Shown here: piece after piece, positions 26,301 through 39,020 of the stretch
How the letters are laid out: each line of letters begins with the position of its first letter
How positions within the stretch are numbered: position 1 is the stretch's first letter
Assembly: GCA_973895155.1 (NCBI GenBank)
Contig: OZ316895.1
Coordinates: 21,774,558-21,838,557 of the forward strand
DNA length: 64,000 nucleotides
From: Marsupella aquatica
Taxonomy: Eukaryota; Plantae; Marchantiophyta
Direction: 5' to 3'
Notes under the pieces: generated by a model
The model's database searches: none
The model's input: only the letters and a program-made list of their open reading frames with translations
Told to the model about the DNA's origin: nothing
Translations under genes and position numbers: made by a program

Positions 26301-28909
26301 GTTTGGTTCTGTTATTACTAGATTGGTTATCATTTTCTCACATACTCATATATGTCTTTTCGTTACATCCATGGCTGGTTTGAAGGAAGGAGATATTACC
26401 TGCCATTTTGCTGTTCAACAGCAGCAGATGGAGCTGACTGCCAAGAGAGACTTTGAAGCTGGTGAGCAGGTATGCCCATTTTCCTTGATTTTGGGTGTAC
26501 CGTTTGATTGGGATCATTCTGATGTAGACTTAGAAGGCAGCTACTATGCATAGGTTGGGGGCCATGAACCTGTGTTGTTGCTAAACAAGGACCTCCATTC
26601 CCCTTACTGGATGTCTCATTTTGATGACTTGTTGTTTCTGCTTTGTGAAGGTGTACATATCTTATGGGTACCGGCCAAATTCTGCACTTCTACTGTACTC
26701 AGGATTTGTGCCTGAACACAACTCGAGAGACAGAATCAAGTGAGTGGGGAGATTCAATTTAATGAATCGGATTTAGTCTGCTCAGTTCTAGTCTGCAAGT
26801 TATAGAGCATATTTGTTAGATTTCAGCGTTCCGGAGTTCTCTCAAGCTCAATTTGTTGAAGATTATGCCTCTTCCAATCTCGTGACCAATGGGACGTAAT
26901 AGCAAAATGAATCGAAGATATCTGAAAGAGTGACGCAAATGACAGCAACTTGCAAGCTGATAAGATTTGTCCACAGGGTTCCGGTGGAGCTTCCTCCCTC
27001 AGATCCTCTTTATGCAAAGAAGGTAGGCTTATATTGCTGTGTTCATGTCCAAGAAGGTGTTCACGAGGCAGAAAACAAGTCTATGAATGTGATGAAGCAT
27101 GCTTGTACATCTTTAACAATCTTTAGATATCAGGCAAATGTTGAAATCGTTGTCTAGTAATGACGAGTTCAGGTCTTGCGAATGAAATGTAGCAAGGCCA
27201 AATTTCATTGCAAAGTAGTGCCTTGTGGGATCTTGATTGCCGTTCAGCGTTGTGCCTCAGTTTACTATGTTGAAGCAAAGCAGTCGACCGCAAACTTAGT
27301 GAAAGAACTTGCTCTGTGGTCTAGTATTCTTGCGACTGGTGCAACAATGTTCATGAAGCAGTGCCGGCTAAATTCTTGCGATTCTGTGCAGGCAGCACTG
27401 CTGAAATGGTTAGAACTTCCATCTGCAGGATGGCTAGAGCTTTTCTATGACGGCACACCGTCACCAGAGCTTGCTACATGGATAAAGGTGGCTATCATGC
27501 AGGATTTGTCTGTGGTCACAGAAAATCTTCGTGCAGCTATTGCTTCACGGGCTCAAGAAACAGCTGCAATTTTACAGTACAGAGCTGCACTCCGTGAGGC
27601 AGAGGAAAAAGCAAGAAGTATGGCCCTACAGCAAAATGAAGAAGCAGAATCTACTTCAGAGATAGAAGGTAAGGAATCAACCTACCCTTCTGTTTAAATA
27701 TTTGTCACCCCCCTGTTGTGCTTGCACATTCCTGACATCGTCCTGTTTGTCCTCTTCAAATTGTGTGCCAATTATAGTTACAAATGTTGCCACAGTCTAG
27801 CATTTGCTTGTTACATCGTGAGTATTGATCAATTGACGATTTTGTTCCTTGGATTGATCTGACACCATTCATGTTGTAGATCTCTTGGAAACGTGATTAG
27901 GCACAATCAGCTGTCCTATGAAACCCTTTCAGCTCCAATTTGAGCAAATGTGCCTAATCACTTTTCCAAGGGATTTACAGTGAGTTCAATCCAAGGAACA
28001 AAATAGCCAATTGAGAAACACTTGCGATATAACAAACCAAAGCTAGACTGTAGCAACATTTGTAACTATAATTGGCACACAATTTGAAGAGAACAAACCC
28101 TCACGGGGTTTCATAGGACAGCTGATCGGAATCAGCAGGGAGCCATTTCATGTCCTATGAAACACTTTCACGTGAGGATACTCAAATTGGCATGTTCACG
28201 TGAATCGATCTTCGTTTGTAGAACTACTTAATTACAGCTGTATACTCGAGTAATATTTCGATTGGGTTGAAATGATGTTTCAGCATCACCAGTAGCTGAA
28301 CAAGAGAATGGGTCTCCGGAAGCCAAGGGAGACCACAGTACCGCACAGGATTCCACCAGCAATGAGGCAGACTCGTCTGCTACAGATAACCTTGAAGTCA
28401 AAGCCTCTGAAGAGAAGGAGGAGGAAACTATTGCAGTCAAGGAGGCTGCTGAAGCAAGTGCGTCGGACGAGACTGACACTGAAGCAGTTTTGGCAGAACA
28501 AAGTACTTTAGGGACTGGTGAAGAATCCCAGGAGCCCTCGCCCCTTGAAGGCGATGAAAATGGCTTGGATGAACATCAGACGGCATCTGAAAGTCAAGAA
28601 CATGAACATATACTAGGTGAGCATTTGTTCCCTGCAGAGGCAGCTCTGCTAGGTGAGATGTGTAAATTACGCATTAGAGATTTGGGAAATGGAATCGTTC
28701 AGAAAGAGGTTAATGGGTTGAGCCAGGAGTTGCCCAGGGGTCTCGGGTTTGTAATGGGAGATGGGCTAAAGGTCCAACCTAAAAGCACATCGAAGGAATT
28801 GGGGATGGCTTTGAAAATTCGGCAGCAGGAGCAAGACACCCTGTTGAGAGCAATTGATAGAGGGTCAAGGTATCAACACAGTCACTCGAATTGCCAGCAC
28901 TGCCACTGA
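23389..28909 (+). CDS. SET-domain protein methyltransferase, SETD3/Rubisco-LSMT family (SETD3-like), multi-exon, with a long acidic insert
   Basis: Spliced exons give DPILRQMPTLILALHLLFEK, WAGYIQSLP, FTWAEFRWAAS, VMTRQNPIP, ALIPYLDMFNH, AKRDFEAGEQVYISYGYRPNSALLLYSGFV and VELPPSDPLYAKK. These parallel recalled SETD3 motifs (YRWAVSSVMTRQNQIP, ALIPLWDMCNH, DFRAGEQIYIFYGTRSN). The start ATG is inferred. Confidence 0.88.
27745..28097. repeat. Long imperfect inverted repeat (fold-back/MITE-like) in the last intron of the SET gene
   Basis: Arm 27745-27905 (…CTTCAAATTGTGTGCCAATTATAGTTACAAATGTTGC…TTTTGTTCCTTGGATTGA…TTGGAAACGTGATTAGGCACA) is the reverse complement of 27949-28097. Confidence 0.85.
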
Positions 28910-30481
28910 GAGATAGTGGGTTTCCAGTGCAGTGGTGGAATAATTATGAGATCGCAGTGGTGATGTTTTGTTCTTTAATGTTATCATCGACGGCGTCTCA
29001 CGACCATGGGTTTTTCGTCCTCATGGAAAGCACACACATAAGCACATATCTATTGCAGGTACACAATACTTGAGCATGGAACTTGGTTCTTCCGAAAGTA
29101 CGTCGTGACTCAATGATTTCAATAAGATGAACGGAATTTTGATCACCCCATGAAATATCGTGGTGACAATTTTCCAAGTTCAATCGGTTGGACTTGCTGA
29201 CATTTAATGGATTGAGGTCATGTCCCGGGGACACAGTTGGCTCGGGACAAAATTGAACATAATCTACAAGAGGCATTTAGCACAGTTCCTAACCCACAAG
29301 ACACATCTATCGAGGACTATTCAAGACTTTGGCGTGGACCATGTCCTAATTGCAAGTGCAGTGCGAGTCCATAGCACCATACATATTTACAAAGGTCATG
29401 GACGGTGCTGATGTCGCTCAGAAGACTCTTCATAGGATTTCCTCTGGAAAGAGTCAGGAGTAGAATCGGAAACAGCCTTGACGATTTGACATCTTCCACG
29501 AATGAACTCGGATTTGGAAAGATCTTCGGCAACCATTAGTGGATTCCAGGTCACTCAATGATAATTGGGTGACCACGTAATTGGTGGCATGGTGCGTTCA
29601 TGACAGGATGACGCAGTCCATCGAGCTGCATGTGCGCTGGCGGCAAACATTCATCAATGCTGTTGTCGAGCATCATCATTAACTGGTTCTAAGTGAATCA
29701 AGGGTCTCTTGTGTCCCGCCATTATCAGTAGGCATTAGGTCGGAATTTGGATGCAACAACAATTGGTCATTACGTGAGGGTGGAGTCGCTCACATTGAAA
29801 TGCATTATGCGATTCCTGAGGCCGTAAGAGCGTCTCCACCCGTCTAGTATGCCATTGGCTACGGGCACAAGTTGTGGCCTAAAAAATTAGCTTCACCTGC
29901 ATCCGCACTGATACAACCCCAAAAAGAACTCAGTTTCACGAACTCGAGCTTGAACAATGTTCCCATGGGGCACCCCCCATTATCCTGGTTGTTTCCGGTG
30001 AGCAGTAGACCATATCCTCCCGGGTGTCCAACATAATCTTCATTGACGTCAGTGCTAGATTGAATTCATGTCAGTTGATGCGAGATTTCATGACCGATGA
30101 CCAACACAAAAAGTTGACGTCCGAGATAAATCGCAACAACCTAACGACGGAAATGGCCGATATCTGAGACGACTTGCAAAATCGGAGCTTCCAGCATAGG
30201 TATCTCCACGCAAAGATGCTTCGAGTGACTAAGTTGTCGTCCAGAAGGACATCTTCGTACCTTCTGGATTTTATTGAAATGGTTTTGGAGAAATAAATTT
30301 CCTGAGAGATCCGTTTACGACTAATACTAATTGGATGCCCATCGAGCTTTCATTTGAAGCCGCCCATATCCTGTCGCTGGAAAATGTCGAATCTACATGC
30401 TTCCAATCTAGCACAGATCGGCGCAACGTGAGTCGATATGCTACATATCCTGCAATTTGGAATGGCTTGAACTCGAATTGT

Positions 30482-30617
30482 GATCGCAGACAGCTTAATC
30501 TATGTATCTAATTGGTTTTCACCTCCAATTTCATCAGAAGGTGACATGGGATCGCAGACAGCTTAATCTATGTATCTAATTGGTTTTCACCTCCAATTTC
30601 ATCAGAAGGTGACATGG
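30482..30617. repeat. Perfect 68-bp tandem duplication
   Basis: GATCGCAGACAGCTTAATCTATGTATCTAATTGGTTTTCACCTCCAATTTCATCAGAAGGTGACATGG twice, head to tail. Confidence 0.9.
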
Positions 30618-30875
30618 CAACTTGAACTAGTTCAGAAGCATGAGGTGAGAGGAAGAGGATTCCCGACGGTTGTTAGAGGTCAAAATATGAGACTTCTAAA
30701 AAAAACATGCTATGAAAGATCACTTCAGCGCTGGGCAATACGGAAGAAGGAAGCGCCCATCAGAAAAACAATGAGTTTGATAGTTGTACATGGGCTCTTC
30801 CCCGATGGAACTAGGGAAGCGGGTTCGGTGTAGAGCCCTATGAGAGACTGGAGTTCACCGTTGTGGGGAAGAGTT

Positions 30876-33800
30876 TCAAGTCGAGGGAGATGGGATGATA
30901 GGTTGGAAGTTCAGCTGCAGCTGCTTTTTCTTTGCAGCAGGCTCCTTATCGACGCCTGCGAACACAAACAAACAAGAGAAGGGACGGCGCAAGGCAACGA
31001 TAAGAAACGACTGCTGATTCTCTGAATGTTGATAAACTTCGGATATTGGATTCCACTGAGACGAGAGATGTCCAAAGGACGCTAAAACCACGTGACAAGG
31101 TCCGAAAGCATAAGAGACCCAACATTCACACTTTCACGAGGCAAAGAATGTGAACGTGCTATGGCGACAACGCACAGGAAACTATTTTCATGTAGAAATA
31201 TTGTTGGACAGTCTGGCTTGGATTTTAGAACCGCCACGCGTCTTACAAGTCTACTCAAAGCGACGAAGCGGAGATTAAGGACGTCTACAAGTTAACAATG
31301 GACGACGGAAAGGAGGCCATCGCTAGCTGAGGCTCTTCTTTCTTTTCGTCCAAGTTTCAGTCCAGGGAACTACACGGAATAGCAGTTAAACAGGACATAC
31401 GACCAAAATCCTTCGCATTGGCAGCAACAATCGCAAATCGTTCAGAAGATTCAAGAGAAGTGAATTACCTGACCCGGAGACGACACGCCTAACGGCTTCT
31501 CGGGCGGCCACGACAGAATCCCTCCATTGTTTGTAAGATTCCTTCTCGACTGCCCTTTTTGATCTTTTGAAACCAGGGACCTGCGTGGAGACATCGTGAG
31601 AAGCTGTGGAGCTGGAAGCCTATCAATGGGGATATGATAGTCACGTCTGAGTACAATCGAGAGGAACACTAATTATGATTCAGCTCGTGGCCTCAGGAGA
31701 ATACAGAAACACTCTTTAGTGTCTAACGAATTACCTCATTGTCTTCGTGTAGAAGTTACTAAAAAGCCCTTCCATCATTTCCAAAGTTTGGTACTTTACT
31801 GATGATTGTGGATTTACGATTTCACAATAAGTGGCTCGTGATCTTTGAGCGGAATGTAGTGTACTTCACTTGTTGTGCTAATCGGAAGATCCAATGCGAT
31901 TGAGTTGGCTAGGACGGGGAAGAGTGAGGTGGAGTTCAAATCGAAACGGTTGTATGAGACTGGCAACTGTGCTCACCTCAACTCGGTCCTCGTCGTCGAG
32001 AGGCTCCTCGTCAGTCTCTGAGTCATCGTCGCTGCTCTTCCTCTTACCCGGAAGGGCATCCAACAAGTCTGTCACGAGGCAGGAAACTTTAAAAACGCGG
32101 CCAATGTGAGCTTTTTCAACTCCTCTACGACCAGTCACAGACGAAGACAAACCAGCCCAACCCCACAGATAGATGGTGCAGTAACGATTTCGTACCTCTA
32201 TTGGTCTTTACTGCCTTGGAATCCCGCTTTTCCTTCGTGGTGCCAAGTACGTCGAAGCAAAGATCCATCATGGATGCCATGACCTGAAAAAAAGCAAATC
32301 GCAAGCGAATTGGATGCAAGTCTGGGAGCGAGATTTGAAACACTTATTTGTGGAGTGAGAGAGGACGAGTCCAACTGTGGAGTGAGAGAGGTGTGTCCAA
32401 CTGGGCTATCGAGTGGCCGAACATCACTCTTAAATTTACCAGGGAATTTTTTTTGGCATTTCAGGCAAGAACTTTGAGCTAGTGATGAGCAAACATTCGA
32501 TTTGATACTTACGTGGCTAAATTCCGAATCGGAACTCCCGCATACCTCCATCAATTTTGCCTTGTCGACCTTTAGCTGAAAGATGCAGTATCAATATGCT
32601 TATCAAGATACTGGATTTAAGTTCAGTACGATGCCACACTTAACTCCTCAACAGGCAATTCTGGTACGAATGAACCAATAGAACACCATCAACTACATTC
32701 TATGGCACAGGATTTGCATAGCAAGCAATCATTCACTTTACTCAAAATTACCTTGTGCTTCTTCGCACACAAGTAGAAGGCCACCGATGTGAATACGGGA
32801 CGATTGAAATCAGCACTCGATCGTCTAGACTCGGGTAGGGCCGCTACGAATCTCTGTTGGTAGCTGCAAAAGAAGGATTGCGGAACAAATTCCACGTCAT
32901 CGTTCAGAGACGAATTAAATTGTAAAGAAGAGGTGATAACAACAAACCAATGCATGTGGATTGAGTATCTTTGCAATGAAGGTGCGCTCTTTGCCATTGA
33001 CGTCACTAAAATAATAGACCACACAAGTGTATGAGTGAAGCGACCCAGTACGACCATTCCACCGAGAGGTAGAGGAAGCTTACAGTGCTAAATTTTTGTG
33101 CACGGTGCCTATTAGCCTGACACACCCGAACTGGACGGCGAGCCCCCGGACATCCACTTTTTTTCTGCAGGTGGTCGAATCAAAGTTAGGCTTCACAAAG
33201 ACAATGGAGGAACATCAATTCAAATCGGAAGTGAGCTGGGGTCCAATTGATCGCAACAATTGACAAACCAGATCTTAGCTACAGTAGTTTCAATGTATAG
33301 GTTCCAAGAAGCTGAGCTGAGTGCAGTTTATCCCAATTCCAAGAGGAATTCTGCTAATCCATGAACCTAATCCCTTTCTAAAGTAGCCTGCTTTTCTTTG
33401 GGTGGATTTTCGTACGTCCTACTAGTAGGAAAGAACTCCATTTCACAGGAAAGCGACGAGTGTGCTGTGCACATATGACTCCGATTACAAAGTTCCAAGT
33501 CTCCCTTGGCATAATAAGAAACTACTGTAAGACAGATGAAGAGACTTAAATAGGGGAAAAGATGCGAAGGAAGATGCTGGAACTCACCGGAGACCTAACG
33601 CGTTTTGGATGGCGAGAGAAGACCTCATGTAGCCCTTCTCGGACAATCCGCTGCAGCGAATCGCTCTTTGACGATCAAATGGCACTTGCAACCTACTCAT
33701 CGAGCAAAGAATCGATCAGATTGTATTCTAAGTTCTAGTCCAAATGTGATGTCGTTTTCAGGGATTGCCTGAGCTCGAGTTTCGGCAATCACTTGATGCA

Positions 33801-34299
33801 TTGATCTACGAATAGATTAAATTGACCTGATAACAAACTTTTTCACTGAATTTTTTCATTGCGGGAGATGACTGGTACTCACGATTGACATGCAAGTTCG
33901 ACGCAGAGCACGGCCTTGCAGATCTCCCCCTGCATCGACAAATCATTCACATCAGTCCAGCAACTACTGATGTCAATCGATGCAAAAGGCGCCTGAGAGA
34001 AGACCGACAGATCACCTAAGACGTACTGCAGCGTTCTCATTTTCTCCTCTGTTTACTCTAAACCCTCGAGAAGAACCCACATTCGGAAGAATTAAGATAA
34101 ATTTTGATGAGAGGCGTTTTGCCCACACTGACATCAGCTGACTTCAATCTAAGCAGATCGGAGAATCGAATCGTACCACGCCAAATTCGGACGCATTGAA
34201 GTGAACTTTGCTTAATCTCTGCAGCTCCTGAGATTTCCTCAGCACCTTCCCGCCATTCTCCGGAATTCCGAGCTTCGTCTGCAACTGCTTTAGATCCAT
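30876..34299 (-). CDS. ORC6: Origin recognition complex subunit 6, about 10 exons
   Basis: Exons: MDLKQLQTKLGIPENGGKVLRKSQELQRL, GEICKAVLCVELAC, SGLSEKGYMRS, VRGLAVQFGCVRLI, YQQRFVAALPESRRSSADFNRPVFTSVAFYLCAKKHK, LKVDKAKLMEVCG, MMDLCFDVLG, DLLDALPGKR, YKQWRDSV, QLQLNF; colinear with plant ORC6. Confidence 0.95.
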
Positions 34300-34866
34300 G
34301 GCGGGAAAAGTTGAGCTGGATCAATACCACCCCAGTGCCGCACCACCCTACCGAAGAGCTCTCATCCGGAGGATTCTAAGTCTGACGAGGATGATTACCT
34401 CAGAATTCATCTCGTCAGCAGCTTTTCTTCTACGAAACGTGAACACGGGAATCTACTAGAAATCTCAATCCAGCGTGTGTTTCTCTCAGAACTCGCATTC
34501 GGAGATGGGTTCCCTGAGAAATCCCGTGAGGAGGATTTTCTAAGAAATTTCAACAGAGCCACTCCACATCTAAGAAATCTCTTCAAGAAATTACACTACG
34601 CAATTTCAACAGAGCTCGTCTCGAGGAACCGCCTGAAGAATCCCATCAGGAGGGGTTTCTAACAAATTTCAATAGAGCGAGCGCACATCAGAGAAATCTC
34701 TCTTGAGGGAATTTTACTACGGAACTTCAAGAGAGCGCGTCTCGTGGAAATCTGCACAATGCGGTCGTTTCTGATTGCAAATCTTCCTCCAGACAATTTT
34801 CCTTGGAGGATTTTCTAATACGAAACAAGAGTCTCTGAGCTCAGCTAAAGAATTCTCGAAGCTTTC

Positions 34867-34880
34867 TTTCCCGCGCAAAA
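34867..34880. promoter_or_regulatory. E2F-type site (TTTCCCGCGCAAAA) upstream of ORC6; a second TTTTCCCGCC lies on the minus strand at 34300-34309
   Basis: Matches the E2F consensus TTTSSCGS and sits upstream of a replication-licensing gene, a classic E2F target class. Confidence 0.55.
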
Positions 34881-35029
34881 GAACACCGATGATTCTCGTG
34901 ACGAGCCCTTCGCGCGCTTATTGTAATTTTGAAAGTGGGAGCGATTTCGCCCGCCCACATTCGAATTGCCGCGCCTTAACTCTGTATACAGTCGGCTCTC
35001 TCTAAGTGCAAATTCAGTTGACGCAAAAC

Positions 35030-35730
35030 CTGATAACTGCAAAGGCGTTCGGTTGCACTCATTTCGCACCTTTTGTACAAACAAGCCTCCACAACTTTAC
35101 AAGTGAAGGCCTTGATATCTGGACATAAATACTTAATTTTATAAGTGCACAATCCCATTGCGATTCAATTACTGATAAGTGCACTGCATCTTTAGTAGAG
35201 TAAAGTGCCATTCTGGGTGGGGACCCAATTTAGGACACGGATGTACATTTTAGGGTGCAAAGGCTGATAACTGCAAGGCCTCCTGTTCTTCCTTTTTCAT
35301 AGTGAGTTTGCGCACTCCTTTTGTACAGTGCAGTGCAAACAGGCCTCCACCACTTTATAGGCCAAATCCCTTGATAACTGTACATAAACATTCATTAATA
35401 AGGGCACAATCCCATCAATTTCGCTTACTGATAACTGCATGGCATTTCTAAATAAAGTAAAAATTGCACTTATGGGTTGGGAAGCCAATTAAGACAGGGA
35501 TTTACAGTTTAGGGTTCAAAACCCTGCTTACTGCAAGGTGTCCTGTTCTTCCTTTTTTCATAGGGAGTTTGCACTCCTTTAGCACCTTTTGCACAAAAAA
35601 GGCCTCAACAACATTAGAAGTGAGCCCTTGATAACTGTAGATGAACACTTCATTCCGGGTAAATTGCTTTTAGTAGAGTAGAAACTTGACTTATGGGTGG
35701 AACCCAGTTTTTGACAAGGATGTACACGGG
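35030..35730. repeat. ~240-bp diverged tandem repeat, ~3 copies (likely transposon subterminal region)
   Basis: Recurrent CTGATAACTGCAAGG, GCCTCCACAACTTTA, CCTTGATAACTG, GCACAATCCCAT and TGGGTGG.ACCCAATTT blocks. Confidence 0.7.
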
Positions 35731-36867
35731 CTTCTCTTCTTTTCAATCGGATCTACATGAGTCCTCTTGTTGAAATTGTATGGCCTTGTGCGCAGCATTC
35801 CCCTATCATTTACATTTGGATAGAGATCATCCCTATCCACCGACTCCATCCTCTCTGAACCTTCAACCAAAATGTCCGACAAAAATTTCCCATTTGCAAG
35901 TAGTTTTGTTGAATCAATTTGCCACCAAACCAAAGTAATTACTCCCCTATGGAAGTTGGGAAAGTATTGTGATTCCACCACATCTTTCACAGCAATCCCT
36001 ACATGGTCCTCACCAAGCATTTCATCGTCAACCGCCGCCGTTTCTTGAGGCACAGTGATGGTCCCCGTGGCAACCCTATTGGTTCGATCTGAACCGATGT
36101 ATAGTTCGACCAACTCTGACATCCAATTTGACCGTTGGAAATAGTCACAATTAGTTTTAGAAATTTCAGCTGAGGGAGACTCCACAACAAAACTCCGCTC
36201 TATGTTGATATCATCACCCGCATCCTTCTTTGAGAAACTCTTTCTACTTCGGACATCTGCCACGTCCCAGAGAACCCATGAGTCTTTTGCCTCGTCAATT
36301 GTTTCAGCCCCACTGTGTTTGTAAGGTAAAACCCTACTCCCATGAATGACATTAGTGACCCTCACACTGATCCGTGATTCACCAAGTAAAATGTTGTGAC
36401 ATCTTTCCATTGGATTTGTATTGAAAACAACTCCAAGGGCTACACAACACCCAAAGATGAACATTTCAACCTCATCCCCTTGCCTCGGAGTGGTCGATGA
36501 GTCCTCCTCTACAATTGGATTTTTCTCCAAATTACTCTCGGGTCTATTTGAACAACTACCTACACTAATGCGTTTTTGAGAATTTGTTGTCGTTAATAGA
36601 TATGCGCAAGACAAATCCCAAATAACGCAAGAATCAATGGCATCAAAAAGGTTTTCTGCCCGAGGCATCGGAAATGGTAGTTTTGTGGTTCGGTCAAAAA
36701 CTTTCTCAATGAGAACTCCCATTCGATTCTCTCTCAACAATATCTTTTGAACACTATCTTGCGGGTTGACTTTTTGAACTGTCTCGCTCGCAACATCGTA
36801 ACCATCATTTGTCAATATCATATTGTCTTCTCTCAAAAATATTTCGGTCATTCCTATAACGTATTCA
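35691..36867 (-). pseudogene. Transposon-associated gene exon with three tandem Tnp1/En-Spm-like (DUF8039-type) domains
   Basis: Three repeats of VA.G.V…P….H…LGE….V.V..V……LP…….T…A….V.W. A splice acceptor lies near 36868, and the reading frame runs out into the tandem repeat. Confidence 0.6.
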
Positions 36868-37042
36868 CCTGCACAATTTTAAATGTAAAGTATTAGTTAA
36901 GAATGGTCCCAACTAGGAAGCACATAGGTGTCAACCCTCTCCAAGGACAGTGCGCATATCGGGATTATCCCCATCAAGAAAAATAATAGGTCCCCCAAAA
37001 GTCCCTATCTAGCCCTAAGATCCCTGATCCCAATTTAGACGT

Positions 37043-39020
37043 CGGATAGGGATGATCCCTGTCCAAACGACGGATAGGGTCTGTCAGTGTCCAAACGGCG
37101 AACAAGGATCATCCCTGCCTAAACGGCGGATAGTGTCTGTCACTGTCCAAAAGGCGGACACGCCTGATCCCTGTCCAAATGGTGGATCGGGTCTATTCCC
37201 TGTCCAAACAACTGACAAGGATGATTCAAGGAAACTTTTCATATTGGGGTCCAATCAAGCAAATACCTCAAACGGCGGACAGGGATCATCCGGAGAACGA
37301 CCGCGGACACGGATCCCTATTGAAAGGGTAGACAGGGATCATCCCTATCAAAACGGCGGACAGGGACCATCCCTATCCAAACGGTGGACAGGGATCATCC
37401 CTATCCAAACAACGAATACGGATCATTATCCAACCAGAGGATCCAAACGGCGAATACGGATCATTATCCAACCAGAGGATCCAAACTGTAGAGGATCCAA
37501 TAAAGTGCTATAGTTCATATGGTCCTCTACAGTACTCTACGGTGGACAGGGATCATCCCTATCCAAACAGCAGATAGAGATGATCCCTATCCAGATAGCA
37601 AACAGGGATGACCCTTGTACGGACAATTGACTCTACACACTAATTTAATGTTTGAGCAAAGAACGGTTGGATTGAGATTATCCCAATCGTGAGTTGGGCT
37701 GGGATTTTTTCACTTCAACCTTAACTTAGATATAGTAATTCCTAAATTTGCGAATATCAATGGAATATGCTACAATTCTATAATTAGGTTTAAAGTTACC
37801 TATAATGGAAATGATTCTTGAACCCAAAACTCAATTTAGTTTATGTTGTCAAACCAAGGATTAAAATACTGTGTTGAAGGGGTAGTTATCAGTAACCAGG
37901 TAAACTAAATGCTTCAGGGGAGTGGAAGAAATTAAAACTAGATGTTCTGTCTGGAAAACAAGAGTGTCTCAATGGGGCTCCGTAATGAACTGACCTGGTT
38001 GAGGAACAGAACAAAAATCTAGAAATGAAAATACCAAATGAGGACCAGCCGGACAACCCCAAGTATCTTATACAAGTTGTTGAAGATCGCCCTTATGGAT
38101 AAGGCGATGCGTGATCAGCCTTAAGCAACGGCGAGTGGATTAGGTCGGGCGACGCACTTTAGGGCAGCCGTGCATTTAGGGTTTTCCACTCGCCTCGGCC
38201 TCCCACGTGTTCAGTGTGCCTTGCCTCGCCTCGGGGGGTAAAGGAGGCAGGAGGTCCCACTTGGGCCTCATTCTTCATTCCCTCCTCGCTCCTTGCTCGC
38301 TCTCCTCCCTCCTCCGTCCGCTCCTCCTCTTCTCCACTCTTGCTCTTGCGCTCCTTTGCTCGCTCCTCCGCCTCATTCGCTTCCAATCTCCTTCGCTCCG
38401 ACGCCTCTGCACTCCTTCGCTCTGCCTCCGCACTAAAGTTTATCCCCATAGCCGCCACGTTAATTGCCCTAGATCTAACGCTCTGCAATCCTCCACGTGT
38501 CCATAAGGCCACGTGTCACACGATGGAGCCATCCAGACCTATTCCAGTGTGTCTCGTCAGTGAGCCAACAGAGGAGACAGACCTCTCATCCATTGAGGAC
38601 ATGGTGGAGACGGCCCTCGAGGATTCCAGAGCCTTTCAATCGCTCAATCCAAGTGAGTATCCCAGTAACAAGTTGAATATTTGTATGGTGGACAGAGATG
38701 ATCCCTGTCCAAGTAGAGTCCAAATAGAAGATAGTCATCTTTATTAGACAGAGATGATCTCTATCCAAATGGATGGAGATCATCCCTGTCCAATTGCATA
38801 GATATCATTTATTTCCAAACTGACGATAGAGGATGTCCTATCAGACGATGCTGAGGACCTTTATTAGGAATTGGATAGAGATGATCCCTGTCCAAGTAGA
38901 GGATAGAGATGATAATAACGATCGTCAGTATCCTCTCATTGAACAGAGATGATCTTTATTACAAATTGGACAGAGATCATCGCTGTCCAAATAGAGGATA
39001 GAGATGATCCCTGTCCAATT
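37043..39020. repeat. Arrays of a 23-bp palindrome (consensus TGGACAGGGATNATCCCTGTCCA), ~28-bp period in 37043-37620; further copies at 38690-39020
   Basis: Examples: CGGATAGGGATGATCCCTGTCCA (37043), TGGACAGGGATCATCCCTATCCA (~37385, ~37543), TGGACAGAGATGATCCCTGTCCA (~38689). Dispersed copies also at ~40719, ~40797, ~40875 and ~43482. Confidence 0.9.

Noticed and set aside
37052-37513. 153-aa ORF
   Set aside because: It is a translation of the 28-bp palindrome array with no independent coding signal.
37043-37620. CRISPR-like array of palindromic repeats
   Set aside because: Units are nearly contiguous (about 5-bp linkers), degenerate and lack unique 30-40-bp spacers; there are no cas genes and the context is eukaryotic.
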